Shown here one piece after another: positions 48,997 to 63,701 of a DNA stretch of 64,000 nt. This DNA is from Camelus dromedarius (Eukaryota): contig NC_087438.1 of NCBI RefSeq assembly GCF_036321535.1, positions 11,658,001-11,722,000 on the forward strand. The letters run 5' to 3'. Under the pieces are notes generated by a model, which ran no database searches, was not told where the DNA came from, and saw only the letters and a program-made list of their open reading frames with translations. Both the position numbers and the translations under genes were made by a program. Every line of letters begins with the position of its first letter. Position 1 is the first letter of the stretch.

Positions 48997-51900
48997 GGTG
49001 CCGCCGCTGCCCACCTGCCAGCCCGGGTGGCGGGCCGGGCTCGGGCTGCCGGCGAAGGGGGAGCGGAGGGGCGAGAGGAAAGAGGAGGGAAGGAGGCAGG
49101 GAGGGAGGGAGGAGGGTGGGGAGAGGGGACTGGGGCGCCTGGGGCTGAGGGGCGGGACGGGGAGGAGACACGGAGGGCCCAGCGGCAGCGGCGGCAGAGG
49201 CTGCTGCTCCGCGGAGCCACCGGCTCGGCTCTGATGGAGGCGGCGCCGAATCCCGCGGCGCGTGAGAGCCGCGACGCTGAGGGGGCCGATGGAGGGGACA
49301 GGGGGACTGGGGAAAGGGGGGAGAAGCAGCGCAGAGGAGGAGGGTGGGCCGGAGGAGGAGGTCTTTGGGGGAGCTGGAGCGGGGTGGGTGGGGAGGAGCG
49401 GAGGGTCGTTCGGAGGGAGGGGTGATGTGCAGGGGGCGGGTGCAAACCCCGGGTGAGTTGCGGAGACGACCGACCGGAATTGGGAGGTGGGGGGAATCCC
49501 TCCGCCGCCTCCACCGACCCCGCCCCGGGGCCGCTCACGTCGGTTCCGGGGCGGATTGCCCCTCTCCTGACCGCGCGGCACTGCGGCTCTCGTGAGTTGG
49601 ATGGTGGGGGGAGGGGTTGGAGGTCGCGGGTCCAGAAACCGTTACTGGGTGGACAAGTGGGAGGCGGCGGCGCTGGGCAGGATGGGGCCGGGATGATGGA
49701 AGCCAAGACCCGCGTGGGAGCGGGGTTAGCGAGCCTGGTGCCCCGGGCGCACCAGAGCCGGCTAACCCTCGGCAAGGAAAAGAGCCCGCCGGGCGCTGGG
49801 GACCAAATGACGCTCCCAGCTGATCACTTCCAGCCCTCTGAGCCCTCTGCTTCAAGGGCACTCTCACTGATCCTCTAGAGCCCCAAAAGCAGAAGTCTTT
49901 GGAACCTGCGTCCTCCCTCCGCCCTCCTCGCCCCCTCCCTCCTGCAGTGAGTATCCGGGTTTATCTGTAAATATTCTGGTGACACGGTACATATCATTTC
50001 CTGGAGTGGTTCCTCCTAGTGAACCATGGTGTCACGTCCTGTAGCGGCTTGTCACTTTCACCCTTGCCTTATAAGAGGTGACTTATGACACCTCTCCTGC
50101 AGAAGTTGCTGCAACCTTGGATCTCAGTTTTTCGCACCCGGAAGCCAGGCAGTTTCTCTATAACTCCACTCCGCAAAACCTCTCTAGGACTCATCATCTG
50201 GCAGGGCAACAGTCCCCTCAATTCTTTTCTAAAATAAGCTAGCTACCTTACCTGCAGAGAACTAGATGGAAAACCGTGCAGTAGTTTCCAAAATCGTACA
50301 CTGTAAAATCATAGAGCACTGGATTTATACACTGCAGTGTGTCTATCCAGAATCACTGGTGATTTTCACTAGTGTAACCCTTTGATGTCTTTGACACAAC
50401 AAGCTCGCTTTTGGGGCGGTATTCTTGGCTGCATTTCAGAGCTGAAGAGCCAGGATCATATAGGCAAAGTAACTTGTTCAAGGTCACAGAACTATTAACA
50501 AAGAACTTTTGAGCTCTTGACTTCATATTTTCCCACTCAAACATCAGATGATTATTTTTTTCCCAAACCACCCTCCTGCCTCCTAAAACAATTTTGTACT
50601 ATGGTGTGTTTGATGTTCTTAAATGGTTAAGATAAACTACCAGCATAAATTAATTTTTTCATAATACATTTTGGCAGTAAGAAATAAATCTGGTTTGAAA
50701 AAAAGTCCAGCTTTTTTGACAGAAATTGTTTCCATTGGCAAGTAGAGAAAGAGGTAGTACAAAAGAAGTCAAGAAAGCTTTGTTACAAATGGCTCCGGAT
50801 GAAATAGTTCCCAGGAATGTCTTCTAACACTTAGCCCTCTCAGGCTAGCTTATTTTTGGTAACAGAGTGGCAGGCAGCAAGCACATTTAAAAAGAATAAT
50901 AGTAATCCCTGAATGCCCTAGGAACTTATCACATTGAAGAAATGTGGTTGTAGATAATGCTTTCATTTTCAGTCTTCACCATCAAAATGACATTGCACAA
51001 GATTGTATATTGCCATAGTCTTAAGATAATCATAAGCCTTGATTTTAAATTCTTGAATTAAAAGGTATCTAAATTGGTTTTTTAAAATCCCCTAAATAAT
51101 TCAATTTACAACTAATACAGTTCTACCAAGTATGATAATGAACATTAGTATTTGAAGGACAGCATAAAAGCTGTCAGTTCTGGATAAACAATGCACAGTG
51201 ACTCAGACAGCAAAATAACATGGATGGAAGAGGATACGGCCACAATGCTAGATGTGTCCTCTCAGCTGATTGTTTCTGAAAAGAAACTCCAGTAAGAGAA
51301 AATTAACTGTCCTTGATATGGTGAGTAGCCACACAAAAATTATTTCCTAGCGTGTGTGACCGCCAAAGCTGACCTCTCCTTGAAAAAGGGAAACTAGTTT
51401 ATGACCTTCAGTTAACTCAGTGAGTCTTCAATGGATCAAGGGAAAACACCTTTGTAACTGTGGCTGCATCCTCTGCCATAAAAGTATAGAACTGTTAATA
51501 TAGAACAGTGGGAACACAGAACGGATGAACCATTCTCAGCGGCTGGCACTTGTGTGGAAGAGCTGACCGAGAGACACAGAAATCACATAAAGAACAACAG
51601 GGCACCCGCAGCCACTGGCAGCCATCCAATAGCCTACATGCAGCCACCGACTGAAGAATGGATGAAGGGAGAGGCAATTCTATCAGTGTGAGTGAAGACC
51701 GAAAGGCACATCCAACCTGCTTTAACCTACATAAATGGGAAAGATATAAATAATATGACAAATGCTTGAAAAGCCTCCGTTCTTTTGTCTCCCTTCTCCC
51801 CACCTGACCCACTCATACATGCACAGAGGGAAATGTCCCCTTTGCCAAAAGAGGTGTTTCATTATGAACATGCAAACTCAGGAGTCTCTAGACTTGAATC

Positions 51901-52569
51901 CAAGGATGGAGGGGAGGTGGGAGGGCCCCAGGCAATTACGTCGCCAAAAGTTCTTTGGTGATCTTAACAGATACCTATAGAATATTTTCCTTGAACTTCC
52001 CTAATGACCACATCCTGGAGATATCCCCTGAAGTCACCTCAGGGATATTAAGTAGAAAACAATCCAGGCCTCACTATGTCAGAGTTGTTTCAGAATGACC
52101 TTGAAGCTAGATTAGGTGTGATGACCTTGATGTGCCCTCCAATAGGAGGGTTAATAATAGGAGAGTTATCCTGGAGAGCTCTTTAAAACTGCTTAATTTA
52201 AAATTGCTTAATCTCAACTCTTAGAGGTGTTCCAAAATCGTTCCGTTGGTACTTTAGGGTGCACTCGTTAATCTCTGTGGCCACTGAATACAAGACACAG
52301 AATTCTCAGTTGTCTTCAAGTATCCGAGAGAAAAGAAATTAAGCAAGGTTATGTAGTATGAGTGGGAGGGTGATTTGTTAAGAGGATAGTCAAATGCAGT
52401 CTGTCTGTTGTGAGCTCTTGGTGCAGAGTATTGCTTTGTTATACAGCAGAACTGAAGCAATTCTGAAGTCAGCACCATATGACACAATGCCATGTGCAGA
52501 AAAGTCCACAATTTGTATGTCCTATTCTAACCTCTGCACTGAATTCCAGACTTCTGTGTCAAATCACCT

Positions 52570-53525
52570 CTGTGACTACACAACTTAAGATTATCTAAGA
52601 GCTGTTTCGAACTAACCCAGCCCAAGAGCAAACGACACCCTTAAACCTGCTTATTCCCTTCTTCATTATGCCAATAAACCAGCTGCTCATTCATCCAGGT
52701 ACTTAAGTCAAAATCCTTATCGTTATCCCTTGACTTAAATTATTCATATCATATATTTGGTCTGTCAAAAAATTCTTTCAAATGTGCTTTCAAAATATAC
52801 TTCAAGTTTTACTACTGCTTTTCACCTCTGCCCCCAGCATCTCAGCTCAAACCACCATGGTGCACCAGGGTCATCAAAATAGCCTCTAGTCTCCCTGCTT
52901 CTTACTCTTGAATCTGCCCCCTACAGCAGCCAGGATAAGCCTAGTCAAATTAAATCCAATCTGGTCAACCGCCTGCTCAGTACCCATCCACAGTTCCCAT
53001 CACATTTGGTGCAATATCAAAAATCTGAGCATGTCCTACAAATCCTCAGTCTAGCTCCTGGCTATGCCTATAAAGACATCTCTATATCCTCTCCACCACT
53101 CTCTCCCTGGTCCTCAGTATTCATTCCTACCACACTGACCTCCTAGCCCCTCCCCAGGTACACTCCTTCCTCATTCTTCCTCCAGGTGTCACGGCGTACT
53201 TCCTTGCTTCACTCAGATCTCTGCTCTGAGGCACCTCATCGAAAAGACCTTCCTTAACCTTCCTATCTGAAGTAGAATCCTCCACTCCCATTTTAACTCT
53301 AACCTTTGCCCAGTTTTACTCTTTTTCATACTGATTTACTTTTCAACATGATATATTTACATATTGTGTGTATTTTGTTTGCTTTTTTTTCTCATTTAAC
53401 ATCTTCCTCTGGAACACTGGCTTGACTGGAGACTATTTCATTCACTGCTCTGTCCCCAGTGCCTAGAACAGTGCCTGGTCAGAGTTGTGGTCAGTTAGTA
53501 CTTATTGAATAATTATATGAATAAT
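52570..53525 (+). mobile_element. L2 LINE fragment
   Basis: L2 3' motifs ending in ttcactgctctgtccccagtgcctagaacagtgcctgg...ttattgaat. Confidence 0.65.
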
Positions 53526-56500
53526 TCAGGCAATCAAGCAGATAATTATTAATCAGTTTGTGTGTTTAAGGCACTGTGCAGCTGGTGAAACCCTAATTTC
53601 CAGGTGGGAATGCAATCTGTAGGACAAGGGAGGGAGCAGTCACAGCACTCTGGTGCACGCCATGCAATGCAATTTTTTTTCATTGCTTAACCAAATTAAA
53701 ATGATTCTGTTCTGTACTAAGAAGTAATTTGTATTCACTGACTAATCTGTCATTTTCTACCATGTATAAGTGAAATTAAAGTCTTGGTTGACCTTGATCT
53801 CATGTTCAGTGAAGTCATCAGAAATTTGAAAATGCACACCATTGGTCTTAAGGGAAAGTGAAGGAGTGTGGGTGGATGGTCTCCATGTCTGACTGGTCTC
53901 ACTGATCACCCATCATGCTCATTTGTTTATACTACACTGCATTCTAGCATCTGTCAGTTCTACCTGTAAGTTTGAGACCATACTTTCCTTCAACCTTTCT
54001 ACCTTTACCTCTTGCATCTCTCCACTCTCCCCTACCCCTGCTGGCTCTTCCACTCATAAAGGCTTCTGTATCTAAGCTGATGGGCCAGTCCTCTCTCTAC
54101 CTTTACTAGATGCCTTAATCCTCACCAACGTCCTTTGACCTGGCATTTCTCTAAGAACTTGGTGAGCTCTGAAAGCACACAGATAACTAAACTCTGCATA
54201 CAAGTACTATTGAAGTTATGAGATAATTAGCTTCCTAATTCCTACCAAAAACACCTCCCCCAAAATGCTTTGAGACCTTCAGAACAATAAAAGAACATCT
54301 TAAAGTCACGTTGGCTTTGTAAAGGATCATATTGAATTTTTAAATATTAGAAAATATAACCAAGCATTACTTTTACCCTTAGTCTCCCTACCTTGAAACT
54401 GGGAAATGCAGAAGGGCATTTTATCTGACAGGTTGAAGGCACAGAGGTATGCTGAATCACTGGGTACACTGGATATCCTAAGCCTGACTGACATCTGGAA
54501 TGCAATTGAATCACTGTGACCCGATAGGGCCACTCGAGCTTTGGAAAGCTCTTGAATAAAGCTGGTCCTGGTTCCCCTCGGCCCAAAATCTTCTATTTTT
54601 CTACCAAATTCACATATTAAATATGGTTTTGTGACCTCTGTTGTATTATGCCTTCCATTGTGGTTCAGTATTCACTTATATGTGTGGGTTTTTTTTCCTC
54701 TTGTGTTAGATTGTGAGCTACTTGGACTTTGAACCTATCTGTTTAAGTGAACCTTTTATTTGCATATACTATAATGACTGACATTAGTGGCAGCTCAATA
54801 AACGTGCACTAAATGAGTAAATATTAATACAAATCTCAATTCAAGAGAAATATTATTTACTTGTTAAAAGTTACTAACAGAGTTTCATACCAATAACAAC
54901 TTAAAGGTAGCTATGCTTCCATGATGTTTGGATGGACAGCGGTAAATTAGTTTATATACTAGACAGAGAACTTGCTAGACAGAGACAAATCCTTGTATGA
55001 ATAAAGGATTCAGAGTCCCTAAGATCAATCCAAGATTAATAAGTTCAGTAAAACACTGACTGTCCATTCTCTTCTCCTTTCCCCTGCCTACTCTCCCTCA
55101 GGATACTTAACTCACTCACCTGGGACCTGATCAGTTTCACCACCATTCTGAGATGAGTGGAGATGCAGCAAGAAACATGCAAGGATGCTAGCTGGAGCTT
55201 GGCTTCAGTAGGGTACCAGCCTGAATCCTTATTGCTCTACCCAAAGAGTCCTGGAGTCTCTGATTTTTCCCCAGGGCTTCTGCCTAGATTAGGAACACTG
55301 GTCTGTTTCCCTCTGCCTTAGAAAAGTCCTTATTCAGGCAAGAAGAGGAGACAATTCCATGTTTACCCCAAATCACAAATTTTATAGCCCACCCCCAGTT
55401 CTACTTCAATCCATCAGACTTTAAAGTTTTCAGGAAAGGATTGTGATTGACTCAGTCTGCTTTGGTGAGCTGCTGACCAGTCACCGAAGTTACCTTCAGC
55501 CTAGTTACAGTTGTTACAGGTAAACAGCACCTCCTCAAAGGAAGAGAAATGTTCCCAGGGGAATGACTGCTTGACAGATACAAGTAGATGCCTGCTCTCC
55601 CCAGATTGTGGAATTTGACATCTAGCCCTTACACTTTATAGTACTTGTCAACTCCTTCCTCCCGTGAAACTGAAGTCCTGAACTTAGCCCTGCCCGGCTA
55701 AGCCAACAACATGAAACTGCTCACCAACAGATACAGAAATGCAAAACCAAGAGTTATAAACCGCAGCTATCTGCAAGGTTTCTTAAATGCAGGAAGTTTT
55801 AAATAAGTGGGCATAACTACATACAGTTAAAGAAGAATAATCTTTGATGTTATAGGCATGAGCTCAATATGCTGGTGTGTAGTGGGGTGGCTGAGGGAAT
55901 GAGTGAACGATTGGGTAGGGGAATCCCACAAATAATGAATATCATCAAAGAGGGATTGAGTGCAAACCATGAAACACCATCTCTTTCTGAAAGTGACAAC
56001 TTTTGGTAATGCATTTTGAGACATGGGTGAACCTGACCTCAAAAAAGCCATATTCCAACTGAGAAGATAAGTACATAGATATAAACAAGTTACATAGACT
56101 AAGAGTTATAGTAGGAGGATTGAAGTGTTTTAGAAATACAAATATAGACAATTCTGCATGAGAAAGATGATTCAACCTAAGAAAATGTTTCTCAGAGTGA
56201 GTCATTTGAGCTGGGCTTTGAAGGCTAGATAGGAGTGTGCCAGGTGTGCCTCATGTCAGCAACTAACCCAAGAGGATAGAGAACTTCTGTAGATATCAGA
56301 CTTCAGTGTGAGGACTATAGAGACAAGGACGGATGAGACAGGATATGATTCAAAGTCATAAAAAATGAAGATGGTGATAAGTAGGATAAAAGTGAACCTA
56401 CTATATACTGAAATACTGGAAGAGACGCATACTTTCTGTTGGAAAAATATCACTATAAGGCATCATATGCAACCAGAACCACCTCAGAACCAGGAAATAA

Positions 56501-57361
56501 GCAAATCGGCCTCCAAAATCCACTGCAGCCCACCCCACGCACAACTGCATAAAAATCTACTTACAAATGCTTCCACTTTCCCATCAGGTGAAACCACTCG
56601 ATCTGTTTTATTTGATTTTAAATATAATCCTTATAAACATATTTACCTAATTTCTCTGTCCACAGCAAATTACAAATAACAAACTTGGAAATGTAAGCAG
56701 AAGAGCAGCTTCGGGAAACAACAGCTAATGTTCTGCCCTCCTCGCACAGAATCAGACCCACTAATTTTAAAATCTCCTCAGGAAGAGTTTATGTAAAAGC
56801 AGATAGCTCTATGCGCAGTGTAGAAAGCCGCTGGAGGTCTGTCTGCTTTTACACTTGCACAATCATTGGTACTTGTAATAAAGGATGTGAACATTCAAAA
56901 AAAGTTTACAGCCTGAACTGTGTGTGCTGATTAAGTAAAGCATGATGAGACATGCGTTCATAAGATTCCCTTCCAATAGGGTTAATTACGAATTTTCACT
57001 ACTTGAAATAACCATTTGGGAAAGTCTCCTTATACTCCTTGGGGCAGCTCCGCCCCCCCACCCTGGCCCTGCCCGGATTCAACCGCGCTGTTCCCTTGTG
57101 AGCATGCGCCGCTTGCGTCTCCCTCTTACTTGCTCCACGTTTCTCCAACCGGCAGATCACAAGTTACTTGAGGCCAGATCATTTTTTATATATAAAATGT
57201 ATAGTTTGTCCCCAGTGCTTAGTAAAAATGCATTGATAAGTAATGGGTATTCAAAAAAGTGTTATGAAATGAACAAGAGAAAAATGAAGTTTTTTAAACA
57301 CTTAGGTGGTTTCCCTATCTTGGCTATTGTGAATAGTGTTGTAATGGACACGAGAGTGCAG

Positions 57362-57715
57362 TGTTAAAAGACAGACTGAGGCCTGTTAAAAATTTTAAGA
57401 GCTTATTTGAGTAAAAATTGATTCAAATGGTGCAGCATTCAATCTGACAGATGGAAAGGAGCTTCAAGGATCTGTGCAAAATGGAAGACTTTATAAGCAG
57501 AAGGGAGCAGGGACAGGGAAGTGATACCAGGTTAAAAAAAAGTGGATTGGTTATTGCAAAGTTACTTTCCTTTAGGGGACGGCTGGGGGCTACCAGGCAG
57601 ATTACCTGACTAGTGCTGATTAGGTGATCCCTGATGGGCTGGTTTAAAATTTCATTTCTGGAAGAGCTGAAGATATACTTAAGTCTTAATTTGGTGACAT
57701 GGAGCTTAGCAGGAA
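57362..57715 (-). mobile_element. ERV1-class LTR fragment
   Basis: tgttaaaagacagactgagg...gattggttattgcaaagttactttcc...gctgattagg; LTR-like and adjoins a short L1 piece (57298-57361). Confidence 0.5.
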
Positions 57716-57885
57716 AAGACAGGGGATGGGGGTGTTATATGCCTGACCTTCTGAGATTGATATCATGAAATGTCATAATCACATGCTTTCAAAATTGTTT
57801 TTTGATGCTACTGGCAGAGAAAAAATAACAGGAGTGGGGCAGAGGGTGTGGGGTAGGCATTGAGTGGAGTAAGTATTGCATTCCC

Positions 57886-58344
57886 TGGTGGAACATTAAC
57901 CTAAAACAATAAAACAGCCAGTTATTTTACCAGCAGTTTATTCGGGAGCAGCAAAGAATTGCAATTCAGGATATGCAACTATGGAGAACCACATGCAAGT
58001 CTGGTAAAGCAAAGGAGAGGAAACTCTTTTATAGAGCAGAAAGGGAAGTTGGAAGGGGCTGTTATAAATAAAAAGTTCATTGGAGGAAACTGGGGGTTTG
58101 AAGTACAGTGGCTTTTCACTGGCTGAGTTGTGACAGTCTCTCATTGGCTGAGCTGTTGCCAGGAAAGGAGAAAATCTTTATTCTTCCTGCTGGTGGTAGT
58201 AAAGTAGTGTCACTTCCTGCCAGAGACACAGGTATGTCTCTTCCTATTGGGATCTATATTGACGTCCAGTGGTACATGCATGACAGCTCTCCCTTCTAGT
58301 CTCTGATTCCATTTTAATGAGGTTTCCCTCTATTAATTTTCACA
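57886..58344 (-). mobile_element. ERV1-class solo LTR
   Basis: TG...CA termini (minus strand begins TGTGAAAATTAATAGAGGGAAACC), AATAAA on the minus strand, 4-bp flanks TCCC/TCCT. Confidence 0.65.
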
Positions 58345-58475
58345 TCCTTATCTGTACACTGACTGAAAAAAAAGAAATCCTGCTGTAAAAGGCCTATTCA
58401 CTGTAATGCTTCAGAGAATAATTCATTCATAAATCATGATTGAAAATAGAAACACAAGCCTAAAACACCCTAACT

Positions 58476-58706
58476 CTGTGTTTCTCAGCAGGGAGCAACT
58501 TTGCCCCTTCTGCTCCCCATCTCCAGGGGACACTTGTCCATGACTGGAGGCCATTTTTGTTATCACAACTAGTAGGGCACTGCTTCTGGCCTGGAGTTGG
58601 GTAGAGGCCAAGGATGCTGCTGAATATTGTACGATACACAGAACAGCCCCCACAACAGAGTTATCTGGCCACAAAATTTAATAGTGCCAAGGTAGAGAAC
58701 CCCCAC
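58476..58706 (+). mobile_element. MER20 (hAT-Charlie MITE)
   Basis: gtttctcagcaggg...tttgcccc...caggggacactt...gggtagaggccaaggatgctgct...cagcccccacaacagagttatctggcc...aatagtgccaaggtagagaaccc. Confidence 0.85.
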
Positions 58707-59448
58707 CCTGGCTAATAGTAGAATTTTCCTCAAGATCTGAGTAAAGGAGAAATAGTTTTAAAATTTTTTAAAGCAATGCTAAAAAGGTAATAATAAACTG
58801 TACAAAGAAGGATTTTTTTTCAGAATTAAAAAAAAAATGAAAGGTTAAATATTAGAATTTTTTTAAATCTTGGAAGAAATAGAAACAATTAAGAAAAGAG
58901 GACACTGTCCAAAGACTGATTGAATAGGTTATGCATTATACAAGAACATATCCTTAAAATAAATGTCTAATTTAAAATAGATTAAAGTAATGCATGGACA
59001 TGAGGTAACTGGTGACAGTCACTTTCTTTCAGCTTATTTTTTATCTTTTCCAAAGCTCTGTGAACAGACTTCCCACTGATTTCAAAGGATATTTTGGTTT
59101 TGAGATTAGCTTTATGGAAGTTAAAAATGAGACTTTAAACATGATCGACTTCTGTTAATTTAGATTTTAAAACTCCCAAAATAAAAGGCATTCTACTAAA
59201 CAACAGTAAATATTTTGATGATAGTGATGAGAATGATACCTGTATTTCTAGGAGAGGTGTTAATGATAATAAGAAAAAAGTCCAATGATTATTGAAAAGT
59301 GTTATCCTAATAAAGTGAGCTTAAAAACAAAAAGATGCAAGAGAAATCCACAATCATTAATGAGATCCTGTTAGTAATTCTTAAACAGACAAAAAGAAAA
59401 CATTTAACATGATATTAATTACATTTTTCAAATATTATCATTTATTTA

Positions 59449-59979
59449 TGAAGAGGAGCAGAATATGCCACCCCATAAGATGTCTCTTTGGCATAGGGAT
59501 TATCTTGAGCTGATTATTTTTAAGAAATATCAGACTTAGGGAAAGCTCTGAAAATGAAGAATTTACTCTTTGTAAGAGACATTTACATCTATAAGGGAAA
59601 TCTCCATTTTTAAGGGTGTTTCCCTCTCTGAACTAGGAGGCAAAGGATGATTCTAAATCTCTAGGAACTCTTCTCAGTCAAGAAGGCAATGATCTAACCC
59701 TGCAAAGCAATCTTACTCTTGTTTACTATGCTTTTGACACCTCCAGTAACTGCAACCCCCACCCCCAACATCTTTCTTTTGTCTTTAGCTGAAGATGGTA
59801 TTTAAGGTGGTGATTTGGGCCATTTCCAGGGAGTTAGTTTTCCTAGGTATCTCACCTGGGGACAGGGGTAAACGTGTCATTCTATTTCTGTTTGTTCTTC
59901 TCCTGCTAATCTTTTACTAGAGGGAGTTTTCAGCCAAGAACCCAGAAGGGTAGAGAGAAAATATATTTCCTCCCTTACA
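59449..59979 (+). mobile_element. MER34-like ERV1 solo LTR
   Basis: TGAAGAGGAGCAGAATATGCCACCCC...tttggcatagggattatcttgagctg...cagccaagaacccagaagggtagag...CCTTACA; flanks TTTA/TATA. Confidence 0.75.
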
Positions 59980-60725
59980 TATATGTTATTCATTGACCAA
60001 TAGGAGGGGACATAAGGACCAAGAACACCCTTAATATAATGAGAGCACCCTTAACATCATAAGAAATCTTCTCTACAAGCTAGTCTTCAGGAATGCACAC
60101 TCATCAGAAAGATTTTCTTTAGTTAATTAATTAAACCTTCTAGTCCTCTCAAACATTATGGGAGTTCTACTTTACAGAGTATATTTTGATCTTTTTTTCT
60201 ATATCCTTCTAAAATATACTTTTTAATGGCAAGACGGCACTATGTATTACATGGATGTCCCGTTCATTTATTTTCTGCTAGGATATTTTGGTTATTGCCT
60301 ATTCTTTTCTCTTTTTTCTGTTTTGTTTATCTTTGTGTTTTGTTTTGTTTTGTTGTTTTTGTGGGAGAAGGGAAGGGCAAGGGCTGTTATCAATAATGTT
60401 TGTATATGCATCAATACAGACATTTATCTTTGCATTTTTCTATTTATTTCCTAAAGAAAAAAAAAAATCACTAAAGTAGATTCCATGGGCCAAGCAGTAC
60501 AAAACTGAAGCCGCAGTGGAATTAAACAGTATAAATGTAAAACCAAACTGCAGTTACTTTTTTGAAACACCAAAATAAATAAGTGCTCATTTTCAGATGG
60601 TTACATTGTTAACTCCATGCTAACACTTACAATGTTATGAATGCTGTCCCCCAGGACTTGGGCTGCCTTTGCTCTTAATGCATTTGCTTGTGACACGACC
60701 AGATCTATTATGTCCCTAATGTCTA

Positions 60726-61425
<700 letters not shown>

Positions 61426-63149
61426 TTGTGCATGTGAGATTCCCAAGTCCCTCATCATGCCCTTGGGAACCTGGGATCCTAAGGAACCTTATATCTTGGG
61501 ATGATCTCCAGCCCAGGGCCCGTTCCAGAGGCCTCCCACGTCAGAACTTCTCCTTCACAATCCCAGGGGCATTGACCTGGGAGTCAATTCCAGAGGCAGC
61601 TTCTCTCTAGAGGTACAGTTGGGGGAAAAAAACAGTTCTTTCTTACTGTTGACTTTTCAGTTTCTAGCAGACCACCAGAACCCGTGTTCTCTCCCAGTCC
61701 TGTTAATTTTTTGGAGCTCAAGGTACAGTGCAATTTCTCAGCTTCATTAGCATTTACTATTAATCAATTACCAACTGCTTTGTATGTTACAGAATTTTAG
61801 GTTTTATTATGCCACTGGCATCCCCACTGGCTTTCCAATATCTTATGGATTTTCTTATATATTTCTTGTTTTATTTTAATATGGTTTGAGAAGGGAAAGT
61901 GATAACTATGCCCCTTATTATGTAAACTGGACCAGAACCAGAATTCTTTGTATAATAAGATTGCCTATGTTCAAAGTGAGACTCCATCATTTACCAACTC
62001 TATGACCCAGAAAAATTACTGTGCTTCAGTTTCCTCATTTGCAAAATGTAATAGAACATAGTATTGCCATATAGAGAACCTGTATAGGACACTCTATAAA
62101 TGCTAGCTGTTGTTATTATTTTGTCTGTAATGTATATTGTAAAAGTTATCTTTTACTTGTAATACTATAGGTTTATGTTTACACAGACATGGGAGTGTGT
62201 GCCCATATCTTTATGCTTTTCAATAAGAAACACTAGCACTTACATAGTGCTTACCATGTACCTTTTAAGCACTTCACATATATTAATCTATGGTTCTGAA
62301 GGAGGAACTGCAATGGAAATTAGAAAGTATTTTGAACTGATAATGAAAACACAACCTAATAAAACTTATGGGTTGCTTTTTCCATTATGTTTCCTAATTA
62401 ACCATCCCTGGTGTCTTAAAAATGTTTTAGTTTCTGTTCACTTATTTTGAATCTAGTTTCAATGCTGAACAAAGCCTCAGGCAAAGGGCTTATGAGCTAT
62501 TACTTTATTAGGAATTACCATTCCCAGAAGCAGGAATGAGGCCCAAGAGGAGTGAAGCAGGGGAGATGGGAGACCTGATGTGAGCACACACCACCAAGAC
62601 GGCTGCCTATAAGTGTGCTGGCTCAAAGCCCAGACCCGCCCCCAAGGAGCTGTGCAAACTGCACCCCCCGACAGGTCTCTGGGGGACGAAGAGGATAGGG
62701 GAGAAAGGCACATTCTTTGGAAAGGAAGGGGAAATATTTTATCTACCAGTTTCCATCTTCTTCTTTCTCTCTGGAATATTAGCTCCTCAATTCCCAGTCT
62801 TGGCTGAAATCCAACCCAGTAAGCTCACTTCTCTCCAGGAACTTGGCCCCTCAAGTCCAAGCTGCTTCAGCTGCCTCTGAGGCCTTCAAACAGAATCCTT
62901 TTTTTCAACATATCCAACTTTTCTGTTTCTTCTCATTGAGACATTAGTCTACCACAAACCCAACCAATCAGATCAGAAATGAAAACTCACCTGTTTTCCT
63001 TTGTAATTTTTTCATTGCTGTTTTTCCCTAAATAAGAGTTTTCATTTTGATTAATTCTTGACCTAAGAATCATTAAGAACTATGTTGGGCTTTGTTTTTT
63101 GTTTTTTTTTTCAGTTAAAAACAAATTCTCTAAATGACAAAATCGTTAA

Positions 63150-63564
63150 TTCTCTTAACAACTGGGTTGAAACAATAACATATTATCTCACCATTTCTGT
63201 GGGGCAGGAGTCTGGGCAGGACTCAGCCGAGTGTCCCTGGGTTTGTCCCAGGCTGCAATCAAGGTGTCACCCAGAACTGAACCACCTCAGAGTGCCACTG
63301 GGAAAGGATCTGTCTCCAAGCCCACTCATGTGGTTGTTGGCAGAATCCCATTTTTCCAAAGGATATTGAAGTAAGGGTCTCAGTTCCTCCCTGCCTGTGC
63401 CCTGAGATGTCTTCAGCTCCTTGCCAGGTGGGTGGCTCAACATGGCAGGTTTCTTCATCAACTAAGCAAGTGAGAAGAGCCCGAGGGAGAATCCAGCAAG
63501 AGGAAAGTCAATCTTTTTTGTAACCTCCTCTTGGAAGTGATATTACATCACTTTTATCGTATTT

Positions 63565-63643
<79 letters not shown>

Positions 63644-63665
63644 CTTTCTTTCTTTTCTTTCTTTC

Positions 63666-63701
<36 letters not shown>

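Larger units (their letters stand above)
48300..49940. promoter_or_regulatory. CpG island / MARCHF11 promoter and 5' UTR
   Basis: Very GC- and CpG-rich compared with the AT-rich flanks. Covers exon 1 and about 900 nt upstream. GC boxes (GGGGCGG) near 49149, 49434 and 49547. No clear TATA box. Confidence 0.9.

Noticed and set aside
48337..49878. Several long overlapping ORFs (362, 260, 183, 141 and 135 aa) across the CpG island
   Set aside because: Low-complexity Arg/Gly/Ala/Pro translations expected from stop-poor GC-rich DNA. Only the MSFEGG frame splices into the RING-CH exon.
50106..50116. GTTGCTGCAAC as an RFX X-box
   Set aside because: Half-site spacing is shorter than in the canonical X-box.
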